DNA of 64,000 nt, taken from IMG/VR virus record IMGVR_UViG_3300035390_000014, positions 64,001 through 128,000 of that record; one strand, given 5' to 3'. This document shows, piece by piece, positions 20,077 through 30,122 of the stretch. The position numbers and the translations under genes were made by a program. This DNA comes from a virus. Its lineage: Duplodnaviria > Caudoviricetes. Within the stretch, counting starts at the first letter, position 1; every line of letters starts with the position of its first letter. Under the pieces are notes generated by a model. It worked only from the letters and a program-made list of their open reading frames with translations. It ran no database searches and was not told the origin of the DNA.

Positions 20077-21321
20077 GTGAAAGAGTTTAACTTTGAAAAG
20101 CAGAAAATTAATAGCAAACACGTTTCAGATTTGGATTTAAAAAAACTAGGTTTGTCTGTTGAATTTACTAAACCAGTAGATTCAATAGACGAACTTAGAA
20201 ATAATAAATTTAATATTGTTATATGTGAATGTGTTTCTAATGCGCCATTTACTCAAAATAAATTTAAAAAACAAATTTTAAAGAAGAAACAAAAATATGT
20301 TATGAGTAGTAATATCTATCAACAACTTTGGTATGATATTTATAGAAAGAAAAAAATTCTAAAACCTGCTGGTCCAAAATTTAATAATTTATATAGACCT
20401 TATATTGGACAAAACCTTGATAATAAAACTCTTCTTGTTTCTCGTACCGGTGGTATAGGAGACCTTCTGTTCATTCAACCCAATCTAATATATCTAAAAG
20501 AAAAATACCCAACCTGTAAAATAAAATTTGCCTGTGGTCCGCAATATCAAGATATGGTTAAGTATTGGGATTGTGTTGATGTTCTTTTAGATTTACCTCA
20601 TACACTTAATCATTTTTTACAAGCAGATTACCATGCTTATTTTGAAGGTGTTGTAGAAAGATGTAACGAATCTCATTCAGTAAATGTTTATAATCTATTT
20701 AGTAGATGGTTAGGACTTGATCTACCAGATGATAAACTTATACCAATACAACATCCAGATAATTTAAAAATGGCTATTTGCGATAGATTTCTAAGTGATC
20801 ATAATATTGAAAAAAATAGAATGTTATTATTTCAAATGAGAGCATCGTCTCCTATTAGAACTCCACGCCCTGGTATTTGGAAAGATTTAATGTTAAAGTT
20901 AGTTGATAAAGGATATCAAATTGTTATAACTGACGATCCTTTATTTTCAAAAAACATTGAATTATTTAGAAGTCTTGTTAAATCAGATCAAGTATTTAAC
21001 TTCTCAACTTTTTCACAATCTCTTGATTTTACAATTGCTATGGCCGCATTATCTAAATGTTGTGTATCAACCGATTCATCATTAATACATATAGCGGCTA
21101 GTTTAGGAGTACCAGCTTTTGGTATATACGGACCATTTCCTGGTGAAATTAGATTGACCACATATAACAAAGTAGATTGGATCAACGCTAAAAGTGAATG
21201 CACCCCTTGTTTTCAACATGGTTCAAATCCTTGTAAAAACTCCATTAATGGACATTCAAAATGTTATGATAATATAGACCTAGATGAATGTGTAACTAAA
21301 ATAGAGAGGTTAATATCATGA
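20077..21321 (+). CDS. Glycosyltransferase family 9 (heptosyltransferase-like)
   Basis: GGIGDLLF, TDSSLIHIAASLGVPAFGIYGP, CTPCF. Confidence 0.88.
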   Translation: MKEFNFEKQKINSKHVSDLDLKKLGLSVEFTKPVDSIDELRNNKFNIVICECVSNAPFTQNKFKKQILKKKQKYVMSSNIYQQLWYDIYRKKKILKPAGPKFNNLYRPYIGQNLDNKTLLVSRTGGIGDLLFIQPNLIYLKEKYPTCKIKFACGPQYQDMVKYWDCVDVLLDLPHTLNHFLQADYHAYFEGVVERCNESHSVNVYNLFSRWLGLDLPDDKLIPIQHPDNLKMAICDRFLSDHNIEKNRMLLFQMRASSPIRTPRPGIWKDLMLKLVDKGYQIVITDDPLFSKNIELFRSLVKSDQVFNFSTFSQSLDFTIAMAALSKCCVSTDSSLIHIAASLGVPAFGIYGPFPGEIRLTTYNKVDWINAKSECTPCFQHGSNPCKNSINGHSKCYDNIDLDECVTKIERLIS

Positions 21322-21503
21322 GAAGAAGTGTTTACGAATTAACACCAAAAGAATTTAAAGAACATGTTAAAAATTCTTTAGCGTGTGAAGGTTATACCAA
21401 TAAAAATGAAATGTTAGTAAGAGCTGTTGAAATAATTGAAGAAAAATCCAGACTTATTGAGGTATTAATAAATGATAAAAATAGCAATAACTGTAAGAAA
21501 TAG
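21318..21503 (+). CDS. Small hypothetical protein
   Basis: ATGA-coupled ORF. Confidence 0.45.
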   Translation: MRRSVYELTPKEFKEHVKNSLACEGYTNKNEMLVRAVEIIEEKSRLIEVLINDKNSNNCKK

Positions 21504-22332
21504 ATTAGGTATAACCAAAAAATGTATAGAAGCTCTATTACGACATTCAACTATACCACATCAAATTTATATATATGATAATTTAACAGATTATAAACTA
21601 GAAAATCATTTTGCTTTCTATCATGAATTATTAAAAAAGAAATTAATCCATCAAGTAACATTTAATACAAATGAGTCTTGTTATGGTGCATTTTCTAAAG
21701 CTATATCATTAAATCAATTTGGGTTAAATCATGAGAATGATCCTGAAAAAGATAAATGCGAAATGTTAGTTACTCTTGATAATGATGTAATTGTAATGCC
21801 TGGATGGGATAAAATTTTAAGAGATTCATTTATACATATAAACCAATATAAAATTAAAAATATTTATGTTATAGGACAATATTTAGGTGGTGCTATAAAA
21901 TATGGACAATGGTTAGATAAAGATATAGCTGGTTATAAAGCTTATCATGGAAAATTAGGTGGTAGTTGTTTATGGGCTTCTAAAACTGATTTTTATGATA
22001 AAGTTGGTTTTTTGGATCCAAAACCTTTAGTTGGTTTTAATAAAAAACATGATCAACATTATTGGACCCAAATGGAAACAATAACAAATGGTGGTCCATA
22101 TATTTTAGGATTAGATGCTCCTTTATTTTTATATGGTGGACATATTGCAGGTAGTGTTTGTAATGTAATTGGATTTGGTAATAATGATGCTAAATTAAAG
22201 AAAATTCAATATAGAGAAAACGATGAAAAAATTAAATCTAAATCATTTTCAGAATTTTATGAAATACTTTATAAAGAATATGAACAAACCTTAAAAGATA
22301 AAGTAATTAAAAAAATGAGAGGTGGTATATGA
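21472..22332 (+). CDS. Glycosyltransferase, GT2-like
   Basis: IAITVRNR...IYIYDN, LDNDV DxD motif. Confidence 0.8.
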   Translation: MIKIAITVRNRLGITKKCIEALLRHSTIPHQIYIYDNLTDYKLENHFAFYHELLKKKLIHQVTFNTNESCYGAFSKAISLNQFGLNHENDPEKDKCEMLVTLDNDVIVMPGWDKILRDSFIHINQYKIKNIYVIGQYLGGAIKYGQWLDKDIAGYKAYHGKLGGSCLWASKTDFYDKVGFLDPKPLVGFNKKHDQHYWTQMETITNGGPYILGLDAPLFLYGGHIAGSVCNVIGFGNNDAKLKKIQYRENDEKIKSKSFSEFYEILYKEYEQTLKDKVIKKMRGGI

Positions 22333-22919
22333 GTGCTATGATTAATTTTTTATTGGAAGCTAATTTATCACCGGATGATAAAAAACTTCAAAGAGTTCTT
22401 ATGATGATGGCTGATACTTTTGACAAGGAGCCATTAAATAGAGATCTTAAAAGAGTTACAAATGACCAATTAAGAAAGGTTTATAAAGAAAATAATCTTA
22501 AAAAAGTAAATCATTTAGATTTAGTTGATAAACTACATATTGATAAAAATAAAGCATTGATAATAGGTAGTAGTGTATTAGTTGTTTGCGATGTTGTTAA
22601 AGAAAATGATGATATTGATTTAGTTGTTACTCAACCAGTTTTTAATAAAGCAGCTAAAAATATAAATACAATAAAAACATATAAACGAGAATATAATAAA
22701 GTATTTTATCAAACACCACATCAAGAATTAGAATTAGCAGTAAATTTTCAAATTTTAAATACTACAACTGAAAAACTTATAGACCGAGCTGTTAATATTA
22801 AAGGTTATAATTTTATGAGTTTGAGAGATACTTATAGAATGTATAGGATATTAGATAGACCTAAAGATGTTGAAAAACTTAGAAAACTTAAGAAGATATT
22901 TTCACAAGGACATTTGTAA
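22329..22919 (+). CDS. Hypothetical protein with nucleotidyltransferase-like motif
   Basis: IGSSVL...DDIDLVV and RPKDVEK. Confidence 0.5.
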   Translation: MSAMINFLLEANLSPDDKKLQRVLMMMADTFDKEPLNRDLKRVTNDQLRKVYKENNLKKVNHLDLVDKLHIDKNKALIIGSSVLVVCDVVKENDDIDLVVTQPVFNKAAKNINTIKTYKREYNKVFYQTPHQELELAVNFQILNTTTEKLIDRAVNIKGYNFMSLRDTYRMYRILDRPKDVEKLRKLKKIFSQGHL

Positions 22920-22934
22920 TAAAAAGGGTGAATA

Positions 22935-23828
22935 ATGAAAGAAGATGCTATACTTACGTTTCATGTTGGTGAATTTGGTTGGGAACTCCTTCGCTTCTGT
23001 CCACATGTATTATGGAATTATAGAATAAAATATAAAAGAAAAGTCAAACTAATAGTTTGTAGTAGACAAGAAAGATATGATTTATATGGAAAAGATGTAG
23101 ACGTCTTTCATCCATTTACATTGGATGAGCCTGGTATGAAACAAGATTGTTTTAAATTAACTGGTTTTAGAGATCAAGATTACTATGATTATTTAAATAC
23201 AATAGTTCAATTATATTCTAAAAAATATAATATAATTGATAAAATATATCCAAGCATTGAAAATAGAAAATATACTCAAAGAACTCAATTACCTATGAAT
23301 CAAATGGATTATAATTTTAATGTAAGAGAAAGTAATAAAGATATATACAAGTTTATGTATAAAAATGATAAACCTTCAATTGTTATAGCTCCGAGATATA
23401 GAGAAGGTGTTAAGAGAAATTGGCCACATTGGAAAGAATTTTATGATTTAATAGAACCATATAAAAAATATTTTAATTTTATAATATGTGGCAAAGAACC
23501 TGATGTAATATTGGATGATAGATATTATAAAGCAACATATGCTAATCCAGATTGGGATCATGAAGAAGAGTGGAGTTTAGTTGGGGTTATAATAGAAATA
23601 ATAAAAAATTCTGTTTTGACGATTGGTTCACAATCAGGAATTCCTAACCTTTCAAATCTTTTAGGAACTCCTACCTTACAGTGGGGACATGAAAGACATG
23701 AACATTCTAAAACTTATAATGTCAAAAATACGGAAACTATTTATATTGATGATCCTCTATATAACATTGATCCACATAAAATTATCAAAGAAATGACTAA
23801 ATTTTTAAAAGGAAAAGGACTAGTATGA
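22935..23828 (+). CDS. GT-B glycosyltransferase (GT9-like)
   Basis: GEFGWEL, KRNWPHW, IGSQSGIPNLSNLLGTP. Confidence 0.7.
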   Translation: MKEDAILTFHVGEFGWELLRFCPHVLWNYRIKYKRKVKLIVCSRQERYDLYGKDVDVFHPFTLDEPGMKQDCFKLTGFRDQDYYDYLNTIVQLYSKKYNIIDKIYPSIENRKYTQRTQLPMNQMDYNFNVRESNKDIYKFMYKNDKPSIVIAPRYREGVKRNWPHWKEFYDLIEPYKKYFNFIICGKEPDVILDDRYYKATYANPDWDHEEEWSLVGVIIEIIKNSVLTIGSQSGIPNLSNLLGTPTLQWGHERHEHSKTYNVKNTETIYIDDPLYNIDPHKIIKEMTKFLKGKGLV

Positions 23829-24271
23829 GAATTTTTATAGATATGGATAATACCATATGTAATTATATGAAAAAAAGAGAACAAGTGATACAAGCGTTAC
23901 CATCTATTAAATATCCTCAATCATTACCTAAATTTTTTGAAGATATGGAACCAATGAATGATGCTATAGAAGTAGTTAATTGGTTAAGAAAAATTCATGA
24001 TGTATATATTTTATCAGCTCCATCTGGAAAGAATGTACTTTCTTATACAGAGAAAAGAGTTTGGGTTGAAAAATATTTTGATTATGATTTAGCAGAGAGA
24101 TTAATATTATCTAATTATAAAGATTTTTTGAAAGGTGATGTTTTAATTGATGATCACAAAGACGGAAAGGGTCAGGATAGGTTTGAAGGTGAGCTTATTT
24201 TATACGGCGGATTAAAGTACCCAACATGGATGAAAATTAAACAAAAATTTGAAAAAGGGGTAACAAAATGA
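23825..24271 (+). CDS. 5'(3')-deoxyribonucleotidase (HAD)
   Basis: IFIDMDNTI, EKRVWVEKYF, GDVLIDD. Confidence 0.9.
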   Translation: MRIFIDMDNTICNYMKKREQVIQALPSIKYPQSLPKFFEDMEPMNDAIEVVNWLRKIHDVYILSAPSGKNVLSYTEKRVWVEKYFDYDLAERLILSNYKDFLKGDVLIDDHKDGKGQDRFEGELILYGGLKYPTWMKIKQKFEKGVTK

Positions 24272-24480
24272 GCAACAACCAATTTTTAAAAGATTACGGG
24301 CAAAGAGTTGAAGATATGAATTATACATTGCAAGAATGTATCATGTCAGGTTTTACTGATGGTAAATTAAATTTAGAAGAAGTTATGGAACTCTTTAGAG
24401 GGACTATTGCTGAGATTAAACAACTACAAGAAAAAGTAAATGCTTTATCAGAAGCTTTGAGGAATAATAATGAAAAATAA
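24268..24480 (+). CDS. Small coiled-coil protein
   Basis: 70-aa coupled ORF. Confidence 0.5.
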   Translation: MSNNQFLKDYGQRVEDMNYTLQECIMSGFTDGKLNLEEVMELFRGTIAEIKQLQEKVNALSEALRNNNEK

Positions 24481-24883
24481 AAGTTTGACATTAAAAGTTA
24501 AATCTGAAGATGTTGAAATTATTAGAGAAGAAGACAGTGTTACAATCCATATAAAAAATGATGTTGCTTTAAATATAATTATGGATGGTGGTGGGATGAT
24601 TCATTCAAAAGATGATTTTTTTATTGCAGCAGAAGGTGAGTTAGGTTTAATGTCCTTTGGCAAACCCTTAACTATTGATTCAGTTGATAGTGTAATCCAT
24701 CAAAATTATAGAGAATCAAAATTGTTAAAAGACTTACCTGAATCAATTGAATTTAGAAAAAGATGTGACGAAGAAAATCAAAAATGTATCACATTTGCAG
24801 TTGATCAAGAAGGATTTAATAGACTATTAAAAGACAGAGTTACTATACTAGAACAACAAATGAGTAAACTTTTAGGAGAATAA
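24470..24883 (+). CDS. Hypothetical protein, possibly baseplate/spike-associated
   Basis: Beta-strand-like pattern directly upstream of the PAAR gene. Confidence 0.4.
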   Translation: MKNKSLTLKVKSEDVEIIREEDSVTIHIKNDVALNIIMDGGGMIHSKDDFFIAAEGELGLMSFGKPLTIDSVDSVIHQNYRESKLLKDLPESIEFRKRCDEENQKCITFAVDQEGFNRLLKDRVTILEQQMSKLLGE

Positions 24884-24887
24884 TATA

Positions 24888-25175
24888 ATGCCAGGAGTAG
24901 CAAGAAAAGATGATGTTTGTACTGGGCATGGGTGTTATCCATCAAGACCAAATACTAGTTGGTCATCTGACACTTTTGTAAATGGGCGAAATGTTCACAG
25001 AAAAGGCGACTCTTGGGCTGCACATTGTTGAGGTATTCCATGCCATGGAGGTTCCCTGGCTAGCGGCTCAAGCACACATTTTACAAATGGTAAACAAACC
25101 GGAAGATGTGGTGATCCTGTTAGTTGTGGTTCCTCCGTTGCCTCATGCTCTGGAAATACAATAGTAGGTGGATAA
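24888..25175 (+). CDS. PAAR / gp5.4-like spike-tip protein with in-frame TGA at codon 48 (candidate selenoprotein)
   Basis: MPGVARKDDVCTGHGCYPSRPNTSWSSDTFVNGRNVHRKGDSWAAHC*GIPCHGGSLASGSSTHFTNGKQTGRCGDPVSCGSSVASCSGNTIVGG; both halves carry PAAR motifs; TAA at 25173-25175 abuts next ATG. Confidence 0.9.
25042..25060 (+). promoter_or_regulatory. SECIS-like stem-loop
   Basis: GCCA-U-GGA[GGU]UCC-C-UGGC; stem starts 11 nt after the UGA, G-initiated loop at +19. Confidence 0.55.
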
Positions 25176-26201
25176 ATGGATATCATATTTAATTGTTTGG
25201 ATAGTGGATTAGGTAATAATGGTGGATCAAGGACAATTGTTCGATCAGCTAACACTTTATATAAAATGGGTCATAATGTTTGTATATTAAATCCAGAACC
25301 AAAACGTGTAAGAATGGGAGAATATATATCTTCATCTTATACATGGGACAAAATAGAAGTTCCAGTTTTACATAATATTAATGATGTTAATGTTAATGAT
25401 GTTATTATAGCGACGGCATTTTCTACTGTTAAATCTACAATGGAAGCTCCAGAAAAATTTGGAAAAAAAGTTCATTGGATAAGAGGTTGGGAAACATGGT
25501 CTCACTCTGAAAATTGGATTAAAGAAAATGTTTTGAATCAACCAACATTAAAAATAGTTAATTCTATTTGTATGAAAGATAAATTAAAAGAACATGGTGT
25601 AGACTCTCATATTATTAGACCTGGTTATGATTTCCATGAATTTTATCCTTTAAACGTAAGACAAAATAATAAAGTATTAACTATTGGTTGTTTATATTCA
25701 AAAGGAACTAAACGAGAATCTAAAAGAGTTGATTGGATTTTTAGAGCTGTTAAAGAAATTAAAAAAAAGATGAAAGTACGTTTAATCATGTATGGTTCAG
25801 AAGGTAAACCATCTGTAAATGATCCATTTGATGTATTTAGACCATCTCCATCCAAACAAGCAAAAAATAATATATATAATCATTGTGATATTTGGTTAGC
25901 TCCTACATGCAATGATTCTTTACATATGCCCCCTGCTGAAGCAATGCAAGCAGAATGTTGTGTAGTTGGTACTGATGCTCCAATGAATGGAATGAAAGAT
26001 TATTTAATTAATGCAGAAACTGGAATTGAATCATTTAATACATATGAATCATTTAGAGATTGTATTATTTATTGTTTATTAGTTGGTGAAGAAACAAGAA
26101 TTAAATTTGGAAAAGCAGGTAGAAAAAAGATATTATCCTTAGGTACACGTGAATATAATATGAACATATTAATAAACTATATAGAGGATAATATGTCATG
26201 A
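25176..26201 (+). CDS. Glycosyltransferase family 4
   Basis: GGSRTIV, DIWLAP...PPAEAMQAECCVVGTD. Confidence 0.88.
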   Translation: MDIIFNCLDSGLGNNGGSRTIVRSANTLYKMGHNVCILNPEPKRVRMGEYISSSYTWDKIEVPVLHNINDVNVNDVIIATAFSTVKSTMEAPEKFGKKVHWIRGWETWSHSENWIKENVLNQPTLKIVNSICMKDKLKEHGVDSHIIRPGYDFHEFYPLNVRQNNKVLTIGCLYSKGTKRESKRVDWIFRAVKEIKKKMKVRLIMYGSEGKPSVNDPFDVFRPSPSKQAKNNIYNHCDIWLAPTCNDSLHMPPAEAMQAECCVVGTDAPMNGMKDYLINAETGIESFNTYESFRDCIIYCLLVGEETRIKFGKAGRKKILSLGTREYNMNILINYIEDNMS

Positions 26202-26902
26202 TTAATAAAAACCTATTAATAGAAAAAACATTTGCATGGGATGAAACCATTGAAAACCCAAAGGGTGAAGAATTGGTTATTCTTTGTCATGGATGGAAAA
26301 GCGGTGCAGCTAAATTAAAAGAATTAGCATTATTTTTCAGAAGATATAGATATGCTGTATATAGATTAAATCTTTCAACTACATTTGGTGCCGTTTCTAC
26401 AATAATGAAACAATCTAAAAACCAATTAGAAAAAATAGATTTTGGCTCTGAATATAAAAAAGTATATTTAGTGGGTCATTCTTTTGGAGGAATTATATCT
26501 AAAATTTTATTAAATACCTATATGTTTCCTAATTGTGATAGATTTGTTACTATAGGAACTCCTTGGGATAGTACTCCAACTGCAAGAAAAATTGAAGCTA
26601 ATATAAAATTTGGGGATGACCCGGCTCTTCTTGGTAATGGTTTAAAATTATTAAAAATAGCTAAAGCTTCTAAAATGAAAAATACTAAAATAAGAGTTGG
26701 ATTAATAGGCGGAAATAAACCTTATAATGAAAAACAAGATATTGGTGAAGACTTTGATGGAACAGTTCCAACTGCTTCTGCATTGGCATTAACCGAAAAA
26801 GTTTCTGATAGAAAAACATTTCATTTAAATCATACTGAATTGGTTAATGATACTGCAGTTGCTAATTCTGTGCTTAAATTTTTTAAATCAGGAAAATTTT
26901 AA
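26198..26902 (+). CDS. Alpha/beta hydrolase (lipase/PGAP1-like)
   Basis: LCHGW, GHSFG nucleophile elbow, DGTVP, LNHTEL. Confidence 0.88.
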   Translation: MINKNLLIEKTFAWDETIENPKGEELVILCHGWKSGAAKLKELALFFRRYRYAVYRLNLSTTFGAVSTIMKQSKNQLEKIDFGSEYKKVYLVGHSFGGIISKILLNTYMFPNCDRFVTIGTPWDSTPTARKIEANIKFGDDPALLGNGLKLLKIAKASKMKNTKIRVGLIGGNKPYNEKQDIGEDFDGTVPTASALALTEKVSDRKTFHLNHTELVNDTAVANSVLKFFKSGKF

Positions 26903-26910
26903 AAAGGTTA

Positions 26911-28503
26911 ATGATGGTAAAAAAAATATCTTTTATAAAACTTATTAGATTATGGGGTATTATTTTTATAAGTTCACTTGTTGGTATTATTATTAGTATT
27001 GACATTATTATTACCTATAATGATTTTAATATTCGTATGGATACATTACGTACAAATTATATTAAACAACAAAAAAAAGATGTTAAACGTGAAGTTAATC
27101 GAGTTGTTGAGATGATTAGTTGTGAAAGAATGCAAGATAAAAATGATGAACATACAAAAAGAAGATGGTTAGAAAGAATTAATTATATACGTTTCGGAAA
27201 AAATGATAATGGATATTTATTCGCAGGATCGTGGGATGGAATTAGTCTTGCCCATGGAGATATACCCGAACTAATTGGTAAAGATATTTTAGATTTTACT
27301 GACAGTAAAGGCAATAAAACATCACAACTACTAATAGCTACTTCAAAAATTGAAGGTGGAGGATTTGTTCCTTTTTGGTGGATAAAACCAGATACAGGAA
27401 TAGAAAGTTCTAAGATTACATATGTTGAAGGAATACCAGACTGGGAAATGCTTATTGCTGCAGGAATTTATGATGATGATATAGAGCATGATATAACAAT
27501 TTTACATAATACATTAAATGAACAAATGATATCAAAAATTGGTGTTTTAATTATATTTATTATAATTACATTTTGTGTATTTATATTTCTATTTAATTTT
27601 TTAAGTGGTAAACTAAAAAAAGATTTTAATTTATTTATTTCATTTTTTAAAAATGCAGCTTTATCTGATAAAAAAATTGATAATAAATTTATTAACTATA
27701 TAGAGCTTGAACAAGTATCAGAATATATAAATCAGATGATACAAGATAAATCAGATGTTCAACAAACTATATCAGACGAAAGATTGAAAACTGAAAGACG
27801 TTTAGAACAATCAAGAAAAATGGAATCAATTGGAACATTAACGTCTGGTATTGCTCATGATTTTAATAATATTCTTTTTATAATAAAAGGTAATATTGAA
27901 TTATTGATGATGACTGATAAAAATGAAAAGTTTGATATAATAATAAAAGCTAGTAATCGAGCTATAAAATTAATTGAACAAATTACATCATTTAGTAGAC
28001 ATGATGATGTAGAATTAAAAGATGTTAATATAAAACCAATAATAGTAGAAAGTATTAATTTAAGCAAATCATCAATTTCAGAAAATACAAGCATTATAAG
28101 TGATATAAAAGATGGAAATTATATAGTTAAAACTGATGAAATAAAAATTGGACAAGTGGTTTTGAATTTAATAACAAATGCCTGTCATGCTGTTGAAGAT
28201 ATTGAAGGTAAAATTTTAATTAGTTTGAAAAATATAAATATTCATAATGGTGATTTAATTAAGAAAAATTTACCAAAAGGAGACTACGCTCAATTAAAAA
28301 TTACTGATAATGGGTGTGGGATTGATCCCGAAAATTTAGATAAAATATTTGATCCTTACTTTACTACAAAAGATATATCTAAAGGTACTGGATTAGGATT
28401 ATCTATTGTATATGGAATTATTAAAGAATCTAAAGGTTTTATTAATGTACAAAGTGAATTGAATATTGGAACTACTTTTGATATTTTTATCCCACTTGTT
28501 TAA
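26911..28503 (+). CDS. Membrane sensor histidine kinase with Cache domain
   Basis: Two TM helices around NGYLF...HG..PELIGK...KITYV Cache segment; H-box GIAHDFNN, N-box NLITNACHA, DNGCGI, FDPYFTTK, GTGLGL. Confidence 0.92.
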   Translation: MMVKKISFIKLIRLWGIIFISSLVGIIISIDIIITYNDFNIRMDTLRTNYIKQQKKDVKREVNRVVEMISCERMQDKNDEHTKRRWLERINYIRFGKNDNGYLFAGSWDGISLAHGDIPELIGKDILDFTDSKGNKTSQLLIATSKIEGGGFVPFWWIKPDTGIESSKITYVEGIPDWEMLIAAGIYDDDIEHDITILHNTLNEQMISKIGVLIIFIIITFCVFIFLFNFLSGKLKKDFNLFISFFKNAALSDKKIDNKFINYIELEQVSEYINQMIQDKSDVQQTISDERLKTERRLEQSRKMESIGTLTSGIAHDFNNILFIIKGNIELLMMTDKNEKFDIIIKASNRAIKLIEQITSFSRHDDVELKDVNIKPIIVESINLSKSSISENTSIISDIKDGNYIVKTDEIKIGQVVLNLITNACHAVEDIEGKILISLKNINIHNGDLIKKNLPKGDYAQLKITDNGCGIDPENLDKIFDPYFTTKDISKGTGLGLSIVYGIIKESKGFINVQSELNIGTTFDIFIPLV

Positions 28504-28523
28504 AAATAAATAGGAAAATTCTA

Positions 28524-29084
28524 ATGATAAACAAATACCTACAATACATTCAAGAGTCTGTAAAACCAGATGTACTATATCATGCTGCTTCTGAATTAAC
28601 TAAAACTATTATTCCAAGAAAAAGTAAAATTGGGCATACAGGTAAAATGAAAAAACATTCTTATGTTAATAAGAGTTGGGAGAAAAAAGCTGTATTTTCT
28701 GCTACTACCAAATTAATGTGTTATCCATTTGGTTTAGAAAGAATCAATATGATGTGGCCAGGTAATCATACAGAGGAAGAAGTTAATAGTTGGACTAAAG
28801 CATGTTATCTTTCTACAGGTAAAAATAATATACTAAAAGTTTATTACTGGAATTATACTCCAATAAAACCATTTTATCTTTATTATGTTGATCCAAAAGA
28901 TTTTAAGTTAATAAATGATTCACCTGGTGCTGCAGTGGAACAATGGTATTGTACAAAAGAAGTAATCCCTTTAAAAATAGAAAAAATCTACCCTAATCAA
29001 ATAAAGAAAAGTTGGGAGCGAATTGGTGATAAGGATTGGGAGATTAAAAAACAGAAATATAAAACAAAAGGTTTTTTTAAATGA
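28524..29084 (+). CDS. Hypothetical protein with MINKYLQYIQE leader
   Basis: 186-aa ORF; leader shared with next gene. Confidence 0.6.
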   Translation: MINKYLQYIQESVKPDVLYHAASELTKTIIPRKSKIGHTGKMKKHSYVNKSWEKKAVFSATTKLMCYPFGLERINMMWPGNHTEEEVNSWTKACYLSTGKNNILKVYYWNYTPIKPFYLYYVDPKDFKLINDSPGAAVEQWYCTKEVIPLKIEKIYPNQIKKSWERIGDKDWEIKKQKYKTKGFFK

Positions 29085-29545
29085 TTGATAAATATCTAGA
29101 TCATATTCAAGAAGGATATCTAATTAATGAAAGAACTATTTCAATTGATTTAGATAAATTTGAGAGTGGGGAATCTAATAAACTTTTAGTTGTTGGGTTA
29201 TCCGGTGGTGGTAAATCTACATTATCAAAGTATCTATCTAAAAAATATAATTGCTATCATAATGAATTAGATGACTGTTGTAAAAGTGCTTTAACTCCAG
29301 AAGAATACCAAGACTTTATTATGCTTAATTCAAGAACAGCAAATAATAAAACAATTAGAATATATAAATCTAAGAAGAGAAAAGGAAAACATCAAGATAT
29401 GTCTACAGTAACTGACTTGATTAAACGAGGGTTGATATTAAACTTTAAAAATTTACAGAAAGACGTAAACACATTCAAGAAACTTAGAAAGAAACATGGT
29501 GGTAATATTCAAACATTTGACGTACCTATGTTAAAGGGAGTTTGA
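29081..29545 (+). CDS. P-loop kinase-like protein with MIDKYLDHIQE leader
   Basis: GLSGGGKST Walker A, ELDD. Confidence 0.6.
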   Translation: MIDKYLDHIQEGYLINERTISIDLDKFESGESNKLLVVGLSGGGKSTLSKYLSKKYNCYHNELDDCCKSALTPEEYQDFIMLNSRTANNKTIRIYKSKKRKGKHQDMSTVTDLIKRGLILNFKNLQKDVNTFKKLRKKHGGNIQTFDVPMLKGV

Positions 29546-29549
29546 TATT

Positions 29550-30122
29550 ATGAAACTATACAAACATGAAAATTATAAAGATTATATAAAATGTCAAGAG
29601 GATAAAAATAAAAGAAAAATAACTCTTGTTTGGATTAAACCTCATGAAATAAAATTGATTGCAAATAAAATAAAAAAATATATTCCAAATGCTTCTTTTG
29701 GAATTTGTCATGGTGTTAGAAATGGTTGGGAAGTTAAACAATTAAGAAGTTTATTAAATATTGATGTAATAGGTACAGATATCGCTACATCTGCAACTAA
29801 TTTTGATTATACAATTCAATGGGATTTTCATAATATAAAAAATGAATGGGAAAATAATATAGATTTTATATATAGTAATTCTTTTGATCATTCATATGAT
29901 CCTGAAATGTGTTTGGATAGATGGATGAAATGTATAAAAAAAAGAAAAGGTGTTTGTTTTATTCATTGGATGTCTACTAATGCTGATAAAATAGATTCTG
30001 CTGATTGCTTTGCTGCTACATTAGAAGAATATAGAAAAATGATTAATAAAAAATATCAGGTGGTTGAAGAATTTGGAAATAATGGTAGAATTGTTTTTGT
30101 AATAAAACATAAAGGAAAATAA
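29550..30122 (+). CDS. SAM-dependent methyltransferase-like protein
   Basis: ICHGVRNG, GTDI, WDFH, DFIYSNSFDH. Confidence 0.7.
   Translation: MKLYKHENYKDYIKCQEDKNKRKITLVWIKPHEIKLIANKIKKYIPNASFGICHGVRNGWEVKQLRSLLNIDVIGTDIATSATNFDYTIQWDFHNIKNEWENNIDFIYSNSFDHSYDPEMCLDRWMKCIKKRKGVCFIHWMSTNADKIDSADCFAATLEEYRKMINKKYQVVEEFGNNGRIVFVIKHKGK

Noticed and set aside
24888-25175. Genome-wide stop-codon reassignment as the cause of the PAAR TGA
   Set aside because: TGA ends many genes cleanly (17994, 21321, 22332, often as ATGA overlaps) and TAG also terminates genes (52568, 63076); no suppressor tRNA seen
24982-25255. Track ORFs 24982-25164 (+) and 24995-25255 (-)
   Set aside because: Shadow frames of the PAAR gene with no motifs
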